A stretch of DNA of 64,000 nt from Isurus oxyrinchus (taxonomy: Eukaryota), in NCBI GenBank assembly GCA_026770705.1, contig JANJGN010000024.1, positions 62,001 through 126,000 on the forward strand. Direction: 5' to 3'. The position numbers and the translations under genes are program-made. Within the stretch, counting starts at the first letter, position 1; each line of letters begins with the position of its first letter. The notes below the pieces were generated by a model. It was not told where the DNA came from. It was given only the letters and a program-made list of their open reading frames with translations, and searched no databases. Positions 26,201 to 37,712 of the stretch are shown here, piece after piece.

Positions 26201-28065
26201 GTCACCATTTAACTAGTAACTTTTTACAACCTGCCAACCAGCTTGTTAATGAGGCATATGCAATGCAATGCAAGTTCTGGCAAAATGGAAAGTGATCATC
26301 ATTATCATTAACTGATGGATAAAGTGTGTTAAGGAGAAGAACTGGCTGTGGTGGGGTTGGTGCTGGGACTTGTGGTGGGGGGGGGCGGGGTGGATCTGTA
26401 GAGCTATTGCGACTATACAAATATTAGAGGCATTGCTTGCTTCTTTCAGGAAAAGGAACTTTTTTGCAAGTTAGGTTTTCTAATGTTAGTGATTAAACAC
26501 ATTTATGGCAAATTCTGCTCTGCCAGATCAACAGGCAATTTAACATGTTTACAATAAACAGGTTAATGTCCCTATTAAAGCAGAGAGAAATTTGGTGCTA
26601 ACACATTAAGCACTTTTTGTCTAATCTTGGATTGTGTACAATACTGACAAGACCCTATTTATGCAAATATTGACTAACTAGGGCCATTTCAGAATCAATG
26701 TAGACCAGAGTGTTGTGTGGATGAGACCAGTTAAGGGCAGCAGGTCCTGTGCCCTGAATGATATTAGCAAACCAGTTGTGTTATTATGACACAAAAATCA
26801 AAGCTTTCAAAGACATTTTTCTTGATGTTGACCAACTAATAACTAGATTTATTACACTAATTTCCACAATGTAGTGGGATTCAATCTCTTGACTTCTGGG
26901 TTGCTAGTCCAACGTCATATCACTATCCACCTCACAGGACAGTATCGTTATCTGCAATGTCTATTTTTCCATTGGAGTTCTTGAGGTGACTGTGTCCCTT
27001 TGAACCTAGTCCAAATGGTCATCCTTCTGGTGTGAGCCAGGATTGAGAGTGTTTACATATTATGATGCTATAGTATTGCTATATTACAACAGTGAGAGCA
27101 CTTCAAAAGTAAAATGTTTCATTAATCAGTAAGCCAGTATAATCCTATCCAGGGGTTACTGCACAATAACAAAAAAAGAAATTTGGTTGATCTTACCCCG
27201 ACCCAACCTTTTACCCCCTGCCTAGAAGGAAAAAAGCATTTGTAAAATATCAGCTGCTAAGTCAGGAGAGATCAGCTCCAAAAGGTAATCACAAATGGGC
27301 TCAGCACCACATTGCTTGGAGCACTTTCCTACCAAACTTTTTACAGCAGCTTTCATCTTTATTCTTGTTGAACAATCAGCAGCTGTGGACATGCAAAAAC
27401 AGGCAAAATCAAGGGAGAAGGTACCAATTCAGAAATAATTCAATTGTGTAGAATAATCAATGGTTGCTAAAATACAGCAGATTAATTATTTTTAATAAAA
27501 AATTCTTGCTGGCAGTTCAGCAGTATGTTATTAATAGAGTGGGCTCCATGCTAGACTGGTCTGATTTTAGGGAGGTATGGTACATGTTATCATTCTTTTG
27601 AGTGTTATAGTTACCCAGGAGTTAGAAGTGCTTTTAATCCTTCTAACTTTTCCTGGGTAACTATTATTGTAAGGCACTCTGAACCATCCAAAGTTTGCGA
27701 TTTAAATCGTACTTTCGGATAGTTCTGACCACAGGGCAATTGCCCAACGGAAGTTTGAATTTCCTGCGTAATTGCCCAGCAGTCCTTAGCTGGGGACTTC
27801 CAGGGTGGTGGTTGCCCAGTTACGACTCTTGGAAGCTCCTGAAGTTACGGGCCAAAGTAATCCCTACTTTTTTAAAGGCTGATGTTAGACATGAAGGTTG
27901 CAGACAGTGATATGCAGCTATTTTATATGTAGCCGCCTGCTTCCTATCAACTGCTGATGCTGTATCATTTTACCTTCTTTCCCCAGTCCTGCTCCATTTC
28001 TGTAACAAAAACAGAATTACCTGGAAAAACTCAGCAGGTCTGGCAGCATCGGCCGAGAAGAAAAG

Positions 28066-28104
28066 AATTGATGTTTCGAGTCCTCGTGACCCTTCGACAG
28101 AACT
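28066..28104 (-). ncRNA. Hammerhead-like motif, mutated copy
   Basis: Reverse complement AGTTCTGTCGAAGGGTCACGAGGACTCGAAACATCAATT. Confidence 0.5.
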
Positions 28105-28125
28105 AAGTAGAAATAGGAAAGGGGT

Positions 28126-28265
28126 NNNNNNNNNNNNNNNNNNNNNNNNNNNNNNNNNNNNNNNNNNNNNNNNNNNNNNNNNNNNNNNNNNNNNNNNNNN
28201 NNNNNNNNNNNNNNNNNNNNNNNNNNNNNNNNNNNNNNNNNNNNNNNNNNNNNNNNNNNNNNNNN
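28126..28265. other. Assembly gap (140 N)
   Basis: Run of N. Confidence 1.
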
Positions 28266-29075
28266 GGGGGCATGGATTGGGTTGGGGGAGAGAAGTGATG
28301 GGGGTTGGTGTGGTTGTAGGGACAAGCAAGCAGTGATAGAAGCAGATCATCAAAAGATGTCACAGACAACAGAACAAAAGAACACATAGGTGTTGAAGTT
28401 GGTGATATATATCTAAACGAATGTGCTAGTTAAGAATGGATGGTAGGGCACTCAAGGTAAAGCTTAGTGGGGGTGGGGGGAGCATAAAAGATTTAAAAAT
28501 ATTTAAAAATAATGGAACTAGGTGGGAAAAAGAAAAATCTATATAATTTATTGGAAAAAAAAAACAAAAGGAAGGGGGAAGAAACAGAAAGTGGGTGGGG
28601 ATGCATGGACTGGCGACGCATCTGTTCCGATGATGCTACCTTCAAAAACAGTTCCTTTGACATGTCCTCCTTCTTCCTTAACCGAGGTTTTCCACCCACG
28701 GTCGTTGACAGGGCCCTCAACCGTGTCCGGCCCATCTCCCGCGCATCCACCCTCACACCTTCTCCTCCCTCCCAGAAACATGAGGGTCCCCCTTGTCCTC
28801 ACTTATCACCTCACCATCCTCCGCATTCAAAGGATCATCCTCCGCCATTTCCACCAACTCCAGCATGATGCCACCACCAAACACATCTTCCCTTCACCCC
28901 CCTGTCGGCATTCTGTAGGGATCGTTCCCTCCGGGACACCCTGGTCCCCTCCTCCATCACCCCCTACTCCTCAACCCCCACCTATGGCATCACCACATGC
29001 CCACGCAAAAGATGTAACACCTGCCCCTTCACTTCCTCTCTGCTCATTGTCTAAGGGCCCAAACACTCCTTTCAA

Positions 29076-29405
29076 GTGAAGCAGCATTTCACTTGCATTT
29101 CCCCCAACTTAGTCTACTGCATTCGTTGCTCCCAATGCGGTCTCCTCTACATTGAAGAGACCAAACGTAAACTGGGCGACCGCTTTGCAGAACACCTGCG
29201 GTCTGTCCGCAAGAATGACCCAAACCTCCCTGTCGCTTACCATTTCAATACTCCACCCTGCTCTCTTGCCCACATGTCTGTCCTTGGCTTGCTGCATTGT
29301 TCCAGTGAAGCCCAACGCAAACTGGAGGAGCAACACCTCTTCTTCCGACTAGGCACTTTACAGCCTTCCGGACTGAATATTGAATTCAACAACTTTAGGT
29401 CCTGA
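29076..29405 (+). pseudogene. PLE GIY-YIG endonuclease domain
   Basis: FTCISPNLVYCIRCSQCGLLYIEETKRKLGDRFAEHLRSV..HFN..RKLEEQHLFFRLGTLQPSGLN (YIG changed to YIE). Confidence 0.9.
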
Positions 29406-29812
29406 ACTCCCTCCTCCATCCCCACCCCCTTTCTGTTTCTTCCCCCTTCCTTTTGTTTTTTTTTCCAATAAATTATATAGATTTTTCTTTTTCCCACCTA
29501 TTTCCATTATTTTTAAATATTTTAAAATCTTTTATGCTCCCCCCACCCCCACTAGAGCTGTACCTTGAGTGCCCTACCATCCATTCTTAATTAGCACATT
29601 CGTTTAGATAATATCACCAACTTCAACACCTATGTGTTCTTTTGTTCTGTTGTCTGTGACATCTTTTGATGATCTGCTTCTATCACTGCTTGCTTGTCCC
29701 TACAACCACCCCCCCTCCACTTCTCTCCCCCCACCCAACCCACCACCCCACCCCCCCCCCCACACACACACCTTAAACGAGCTTATATTTCACCCCTTTC
29801 CTATTTCTACTT

Positions 29813-29851
29813 AGTTCTGTCGAAGGGTCATGAGGACTCGAAACGTCAACT
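29813..29851 (+). ncRNA. Minimal type-I hammerhead-like motif (U6 core)
   Basis: AGUU-CUGUCGA-A-GGGUC-AUGAG-GACUC-GAAA-CG-UC^AACU; predicted cut after 29847. Confidence 0.7.
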
Positions 29852-31477
29852 CTTTTCTTCTCCGCCGATTCTGCCAGACCTGCTGAGTTTTTCCAGGTAA
29901 TTCTGTTTTTGTTTTGGATTTCCAGCATCCACAGTTTTTTGTTTTTATCTCCATTTCTGCAAGCCTCTCTGACAATTCACTTGTTCCTCGTTTATATTTG
30001 CTCTGCATTCTTGATTTATCTATGAATTGATATCTTTCCCCTTGATTCCGCTTGTCTGTACATAGCCACAAGTCAGGTCAGCATTTGTTTTGTGAGATAT
30101 AGGTTTATTTTGCCTCTTCATTTCGACTTCTTTATCTTTGAGCCCCCACACCCTCACACAGTCTGACCTAATGTTCAATTAAATGTGGTTGAAACCTGCT
30201 TTTATCAGCACAAATAATGTATGAAAGTACAAAGAAAATGGAAGTATGCATATTAAATTAATAATGCTTCTGTATTCAATCAATCACATGCTAAAATGTG
30301 CTGGTGACATTGAGAGAAATCTTTCTGCCTCCATTTTTAAACATGGTCCAGGACCATTTTAGGGACCAAACGCAATGGTTTCTGAAGTCCATCTGTTTGT
30401 GCAATCTTACTGAAGGAAGCCAATTAACTGGACCTCTCCAGAAGCCCCAGCTACTCAGGGATAGTAGACAGGCTGTGTAGGCAGGAGGACCAAACAGAGT
30501 ACCCGAAGCTGTGGGCAGCATGTAGCCCCACTGGAAGGGGTAGAAGCTGCTGAGTTAGGAGGGAACCCATGAGTGCATCTCAAGCAGGAGGTGCCTTCTG
30601 AAGACTTCAAACATCAGTATAAGTAAGTGTGATCACAATGCCAAGCCATCATCCCGGAGGGTGAACCCTTTCACAGAATGAGCTGTGGCCCCAGCTGTGG
30701 TTCCCTGGTGCCTATGGGTCTGGGGTGGGGGGTGGGGGGGAAATTAAAGGAATATGTATTGGAACCCCAGCTTGCCATGGGGTACCTCTGGTCACCTGTC
30801 CATCTTCGGCCTTAGCAAGGAGCTCGTTTGACATTGGGATGATCCTGGCAGTATCACCAATCTGCCCCTAAATGGCCAATTAATTGATGATAGTTAACTA
30901 CGTGCAGCTGCCAGGCAGGTAGCTGATGCTACTTTCATCCCACCTCATCAAGATCATTCAGAGGCAGGAATACACAAATTTCAAAATTTCCCCAGCCTCC
31001 TGCCTCCAAAGCTCCCTCCATGTGGCTGACCAGGTTCCACCTGAACTTACATGAAAATACACTTAATTAATTTTAAATGGAGCAAATATATTTTACTGTA
31101 CTTTTATTCAAATTGCAATTGTTAAAAATCATGACAACTCTCTTTGGCTATTGAAAGCTTGTTTTAATTTGTTATCTGCCCTTTCAGTGGATTAATCTTT
31201 TGTTCTCATCATGTGAAACTGGCAAGGATGCTTTATATGGGCATCTCTAGGTTATTCTGAGTAGGCAGTGGTGCTGTTGGGCCTTATACAAGCAATTGTT
31301 TGTGCACCTCAGAGGATATGAAGAATTAACCACACTATGCGGATTAAAGTCACATTTTAACCAAACCAGATCGAGCTGGCAGATTTCCTTCACTAAATGG
31401 CATTAGTTAAGCCAGTTCAAAAACAGAATTACCTGGAAAAACTCAGCAGGTCTGGCAGCATCGGCGGAGAAGAAAAG

Positions 31478-31516
31478 AGTTGACGTTTCGAGTCCTCATG
31501 ACCCTTCGACAGACCT
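31478..31516 (-). ncRNA. Hammerhead-like motif (U6 core)
   Basis: Reverse complement AGGTCTGTCGAAGGGTCATGAGGACTCGAAACGTCAACT. Confidence 0.6.
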
Positions 31517-32052
31517 TGAGTTCGAGTCCAAGAAAGAGTTGAAATATAAGCTGGTTTAAGGTGTGTTGGGGGGGGGGGGGGGGGGGGGGGGGGGTGGAGA
31601 GAGCGAGAGAGAGAGAGAATTGGAGGGGGGGGGTGTGGTTGTAGGGACAAACAAGCAGTGATAGAATCCCCACCCCCTTTCTGTTTCCCCCTTCCTTTTT
31701 TTTCCAATAAATTATATAGATTTTTCTTTTCCCACCTATTTCCATTATTTTTAAATATCTTAAAATCTTTTATGCTCTCCCCACCCCCACTAGAGCTATA
31801 CCTTGAGTGCCCTACCATCCATTCTTAATTAGCACATTCGTTTAGATAATATCACCAACTTTAACATCTATGTGTTCTTTTGTTCTATTGTTGTTGACAT
31901 CTTTTGATGATCTGCTTCTATCACTGCTTGCTTGTCCCTACAACCACACCCCCACCTCCACTTCTCTCTCTCTCTCTCTCCGCCCCCCCCCCCCCCCCCC
32001 ACACACACTTTAAACCAGCTTATATTTCAACTCTTTCTTGTACTCGAACTCA

Positions 32053-32091
32053 AGTTCTGTCGAAGGGTCATGAGGACTCGAAACGTCAATT
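32053..32091 (+). ncRNA. Hammerhead-like motif (U6 core)
   Basis: AGTTCTGTCGAAGGGTCATGAGGACTCGAAACGTCAATT. Confidence 0.65.
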
Positions 32092-33159
32092 CTTTTCTTC
32101 TCCGCTGATGCTGCCAGACCTGCTGAGTTTTTCCAGGTAATTCTGTTTTTGTTTTGGATTTCCAGCATCCGCAGTTTTTTTGTTTTTATCTCTTAGTTAA
32201 GCCAGTTGTTGCTTTATAGCAAGGTTCTGACTTCCATTGTCATTTTTCTTTTGGTGCTCCTCCACAAATATAAGATTTGAACTCAAAATCTCTGGGTTGT
32301 TAAGTCCAGCACCATGACACTCTCAATCTTCAATTATTCATTGACTAAAGTCTCATGTCAGGTTGTGGCATCTTTGGATAAGTAGGATGAATGGAATGTT
32401 TCAGTGTGAGAACATCTTGGGAGTAGTGATCATATATAATTAGGTTATGAACAAAGAAACATCAAATGTAAAAACATGCAACTGGAACAGAGCCAATGTC
32501 AGTGCTTTGAGTAAGGATCTAGCACAGGTAGACTGGAATAAATAAAATGGCCAGGGAAATAGTACATGAATAAGGCAGGCCTTTAAGGCAAAGATAATTC
32601 AGGTATGAATCTAGCATATTCCCAAAAGGGAAAAAGCTGTGGTATGCAAAACTCGAGTTCCCTGGATGACCAAGAAACTAGGGGCCAGAATAAAGCTGGA
32701 AAAAGAGGTTTATGACAAACACCAGGCACAGAATAATTAGGTAGCTGATTTAAACTCAGGCAGAACACAGGGAGAAGGGGTAATTGAAACAGGAAGGGCA
32801 AAGCGAGTATAAGCAAAGATTAGCAAATCTTGTGAAATGGAATCCAAAAATAGTTTATAAATACATAATAAGGATAGTTAAAGGAATGATGGGGCCAATT
32901 AAGGACAAGGAAGAAATCTTCTTGTGGAGACAGAGGACATGACTGAGGTATTGAATTATAAAAGAAGCAATACAGTTAAGATCAGAGTCGATGATGAGAA
33001 TAAATGTAAAATCTCTGAAACAATGAATGACTCAGTTGAACAGTTGTGTGCCATTGCATTTACAATGAACACTCAGTGCAGGCTTCAACTAGTGCATCAT
33101 TAAAAAAATTTTTAACTAACATCCTTTTTGCTGTTGATGCTCTAAGTATTTTCAAAGTA

Positions 33160-33770
33160 TTTATAGTACAGAAACAGGCCATTTGGCCCAGTCAGTCCAT
33201 GCCCGTGTTTCTGGTCCACACCAGCCTGCTCCCACCCTTCTTCATCTACCCACTCAACACATTTTTCTATTTTTTTTGGGATGTTCTTTAATTTTTATTC
33301 CTTGGCTGAAGCACTATCACTAATGTCTCTATATTTTTAAATATCAATTCATGCACTTATCTAGCTGCCTCTTCAATGAAGCTGTGCTATCCACCTCAAC
33401 CTCTGGTAGTCAGTTCCATATTCTAAGCACTCTCTGTAAGGAAGCTTCTCCTGAATTCCCTATTGCATTTATGAATGACTCATATTTACGGCTGGGAGTT
33501 CTGGCCTTGTTCACAAGTGGAAACATCTTCTCTAGATTTGCCCTATTTCAGATCACCTCTCAGTTTTCTTGTTTCTCAAGAAAAGAGTTTTAGCTTGGTC
33601 AATCATTAACCTCGGTTTTGGTCTCATACTGTTAAATATATTTTTCACCTTCTTCAGCACCTCAATTTTTTTTGTAATTTGAGTGTCAGAACTATTTACA
33701 GGAGTCCAATTGTTTTACCAAGCTCTTATACAAGTTTAACATAACTTATTGCTTTTCAATCCTACCTTTC
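33160..33770 (-). mobile_element. Decayed CR1 3' fragment
   Basis: ACAGAAACAGGCCATTTGGCCCA tail signature; CAAGTGGAAACATCTTCTC. Confidence 0.6.
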
Positions 33771-33977
33771 TGGTAACTATTTCCAAACCCAGCATGATGT
33801 CTGATCGAATTACTGCATAATGGCTGAAGCACTATCACTAATGTCTCTATAAATGTCAATTCATCTCCCTCATACTATCAATCTTAGCACCTCCACCAAG
33901 CAAATTTCCCCAAATTATTTTGTGAACGCTATTTTTAAAAAAACAAGAATATATAGATAGTCAAAAACTGAAATGAT

Positions 33978-34104
33978 GGGCGGGATTTTACAGCCCTGTC
34001 GTGGTAAGGGTGGGGTTCGAAAAATGCCGCGAGCCGTTCAAACGTCTGTTGCTTTTTGCTGTATCTGAAAATCCTGCTGGCAGGAGGGGTTGTAAAACTC
34101 CACC
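33978..34104. mobile_element. Short (~127 bp) Harbinger-like MITE
   Basis: Imperfect TIRs GGGCGGGATTTTACAGCCC / GGGGTTGTAAAACTCCACC. Confidence 0.6.
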
Positions 34105-36104
34105 TGATATTTCAGAATTCTTTGTAACTGTTTACTTTTATAAAGGTATGCTTAGAGTGAAGGTTGCTACAAACAGTTATTTTAACAACAGGCTACATGG
34201 TCAAGTTGTAATATTAGGAACACATGATTTCTTTAAAAGCTACAGGCCTGCAGAAGTAAGCTGTTTTCTCTGATATATCATGATGTACTTTCCAGCAACA
34301 ACCAATCCTAGAGGCAAAGGGTTGAGACCATTAAAAATATGATAGAAATGGTTCTCATTTTTAAAAAATAGCTTGAGCAAATGAAATGAATAGGTGCTTT
34401 TAATTCGATAATGTTCACCCGTTTATATTTTGCCCAAATCATTAATCAAATCAACACCTTTGTTAAATTAATGATTACTGCAGCTTTGTGAAGGTACATT
34501 TACATGTTTTATTGCAAATATTAGACAACAATTTCAACCCTGTCCAGTTTTCAAAGAGGAAAGGACATGGAATGTTTCATCTCTCTTAAACTCATTATTA
34601 AAGGATTTTGAATGAAACTTCAAATGTTATAATGCTATTTATTCTTGCCACATTTTGAGAAGCCCACATCATTTGTATTCTCTACAGTTTGCACAGGAGT
34701 TGCCTATGCTGGTCTGTGGTTCTCACTGTTTGAGCTCTACCTTATATATTTGCCACACCGCAGCTTTCACAGAAACATATTTATATTTCTACTAAGCTGG
34801 TGGTAGCAGCAAAATGTGTTGCTGTAGTTCCGTGGAATTCCTGTTTAACCAGCAGGATAATGAATATGGAGCGATTACTGTGGTGAAATAAGATGCTGTA
34901 ATTTAACAGAATTAAAAGCAAGTTTAATTGAAGGAAAAAATACCGAACAATTGGAAATGTAGCATTCAATGCTAAATATAAACATATACATTTATATCCA
35001 TTTATAAATATAAAATATGCAGGTGAAATAAAGATAATCTATAGCAGACTATCACCTGATCAGTTGTTGTGAATATTAATGTTGAAGAGGTTGTAATGTG
35101 TTAGATTTGTTAATGCTTGAACTTATCCTGGTGACATATGGTAGAATAATATTCAGATTTTAATTGTTAACAGATTTAGGGCAAGTACGTTTTTAGTGCT
35201 CCAATCAATTGAGAAACCAGCATTTTCACCTTATGTGGTATTTTTTTGCAAGGCTGCAGTGTGGGGGTCACAAGATTGCTGCATCTGTGGTCTTCTGTTC
35301 CTCCAGTTGCCTCCATTTTCTTGACTCTTTCATGGTATAATTTCCCCACCATATTTATTTGGCCTTCCTTTGCTTTTTTAATGCCTCATTGTGATGATCA
35401 TTTGCAACACTGGACATTTTTGTGGTAAGTAGTTTGCATTTAACACTAAAGTCTATTACCATGAGGTTATTGGCTGTTTTTTCACTTATCTGTCAGTTTA
35501 CAGTTAAGATGTCGGGTTACAAAAGATTAACTTGTCTTTTCCGTGATGCTGATTAGCACACTGTGAGTTAAAAAAAAAAATTGGCTTTGTTTTGAACACT
35601 GCAGTTCTTTTTCATAAATACAGGCGTTATGATTCTATTACCTAAACTTGGCTATAAAAACTGCCATACCTAATTGTTTGAGTAAAAGGTGATATAAAAC
35701 TAGCCTTGTTAACTGATAACTAATATTGAAAATAGGGGAAGATGGCACAGCAGTCTGTATCTTGAAATTTCCTTACGGGCAAATTGGAATAAAATATCTT
35801 GTAAACTTCAGTTAGAAGAGTATTACATTAATATTTATAGGTCTAACTCATAATGAGGATATTACTGAATAATATGCATCATTTGCCAACTTGCACAAAT
35901 ACTTTTTGTAGTCTGTTGAAATATGTATGAGATATCCTTACTGTCTCTCTTTTATGCTGTACTTCCAAAATGTTAATGTACAAATTTGGGCTCATAGTAG
36001 CTTTTGTGAAGGTATTTGGACAAACATGGGTGCCAGCCACTTCTGTCAAGAGAGGTTTAGAGTGATGTAATTATACCCACATGAGAGGAAAGACTTCAGG
36101 ACAC

Positions 36105-36483
36105 CTCAAAATGCTTCATAGCCTATTAGGTACTTAGGAAATGTATTCACTGTAGTGGAAAATGTGGCAGCTAATTTGTACACATCAAGGTCTCTCAAAC
36201 AGTAATGTGATAATTACCAGGTTAGGTGTTGGATGAGGGATAAATATTGGCCAAGGCCTCCCCTTCAAAATTGTGGCATTAAACCTTTTACACCCATCAG
36301 AGAGGGCAGGTGGAGCTTTAGTTTAGTGTCTCATCTGAAAGAAAACACATTCATCAGTGCAGCATTTCATTAGTATAGTACCAGAAAATCAGCTTAGAGG
36401 TCATTTAAGTCCCTCCTGCATGGCTGGAACCTACAACTTTCTGACTCAGAGGTGAAAGTACTACCAAATGAGCCACAGCTAAC
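36105..36483 (-). mobile_element. Deu-domain SINE
   Basis: Homologous to 22436-23585. Confidence 0.65.
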
Positions 36484-36616
36484 ACAAAGTCACAGTCAGC
36501 GTGATAGTTTAAGTTGCCTCTCTTCACTAATTCCCAATTAGATGTAACAGATGGTGGAGAACATATTTACGCTCTGAACAATCACTTCCATGCTGGTTAA
36601 ATTGATTACTTACTGA

Positions 36617-37712
36617 TCACAGAATCACAGAATTATTACGGTGCCAAAGGAGGCCATTCAGCCCATTGTGTCTGCACCGGCTCTCTGAATGAACATTTTG
36701 ATTTAGTGCCATTCTTCTGCCTTTTCCCTCAATCCTTGCACATTATTTCTATTCAAATAATTATCAAATGCCTTCTTGAATGCCTCGAATGAACCTGTCT
36801 CCACTACACTTCCAGGCAGCGCATTCCAGACTCAAACCACTTGCTGTGTGAAGTTTTTTCCCACATCACATTTGTTCCTTTGGCAAATCACATTAAATCT
36901 GTGCCCTCTCATTCTTGATCCTTTTACGAGCAGGAACAGTTTCTCCCTATCCACTTTATCCAGCCCCCTCATGATTTGAACACCTTTATCAAATCTCCTC
37001 TTAGCCTTCTCCTCTCCAAGGAGAACAGTCCCAACCTCTCCAATCTTTCTTTATAACTGCAGTTTCCCATCCCTGGAACCATTCTTGTAAACCTCTTTTG
37101 TACTCTCTCCAATGCGTTCACATCCTTCCTATAGTGTGGCTCCAAACTGTACACAATACTCCATCTGAAGTCTAGCTAGTGTCTTATATAAGCTCAGCAT
37201 ACCCTCCCTGCTCTTGTAGACTATGCCCCTATTAATAAAGCCCAGGATACTGTATGCTTTATTAACTGGTCTCTCCACCTGTCCTGCCACCTTCAGTGAC
37301 CTGTGCATATATGCACCCAGGTCCCTCTGTTCCCGCATCCCCTTAAGAATTGGACCCCTTATTTTATATTGTCTCTCCGTGTTCTTCTGACCAAAATGCA
37401 TCACCCCACACTTCTCTGCATTGAACTTCATTGCCGCTACCTATCTTCCCAGCCACCAATTTGTCTTTATCCTTTTGAAGTTTTATACTGTCCTCCTCAC
37501 AGTTTTCAATGCTTCCAAGTTTTGTATCATCCGCAAATTTTGAAATTATCCCCTGCACACCAGGAAAAGCAAGGGTCTCAATACTGACTCCTGGGGAGCT
37601 CCACTACAAACCTTCCTCCAGCCTGAAAAATATCCATTGACCATTACCCTCTGTTTCCTATCACTCAGCCAATTTTGTATCCACGTTGCTACTGTCCCTT
37701 TTATTCCATGAT
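36617..37712 (-). mobile_element. CR1 LINE 3' part
   Basis: WIQNWLSDRKQRVMVNG, ISKFADDTKLG, MKFNAEKCGVMHFG, LERVQKRFTRMVPG; (ATTCTGTG)n tail. Confidence 0.9.

Larger units (their letters stand above)
28003..29948 (+). mobile_element. 5'-truncated Penelope-like element with inverted 5' pLTR
   Basis: 28003-28600 is the reverse complement of ~29415-29915; RT C-terminus and GIY-YIG in 28610-29405; TSD CTCCATTTCTG at 27992-28002 and 29949-29959. Confidence 0.9.
31418..32192. mobile_element. Penelope-like element, fold-back of two 3' ends
   Basis: 31418-31665 inverted relative to ~31915-32150; TSD TTAGTTAAGCCAGTT at 31403-31417 and 32193-32207; inserted in a decayed tRNA-SINE. Confidence 0.88.

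Noticed and set aside
31429-32140. Recurrent short ORFs ending ...LFSSPPMLPDLLSFSR
   Set aside because: Incidental frames of the repeated non-coding PLE tail
35253-35424. Possible exon (AG|GCTGCAGT...TG|GTAAGT)
   Set aside because: Peptide is Trp/Phe-rich and unlike a cytoplasmic tail; no independent support
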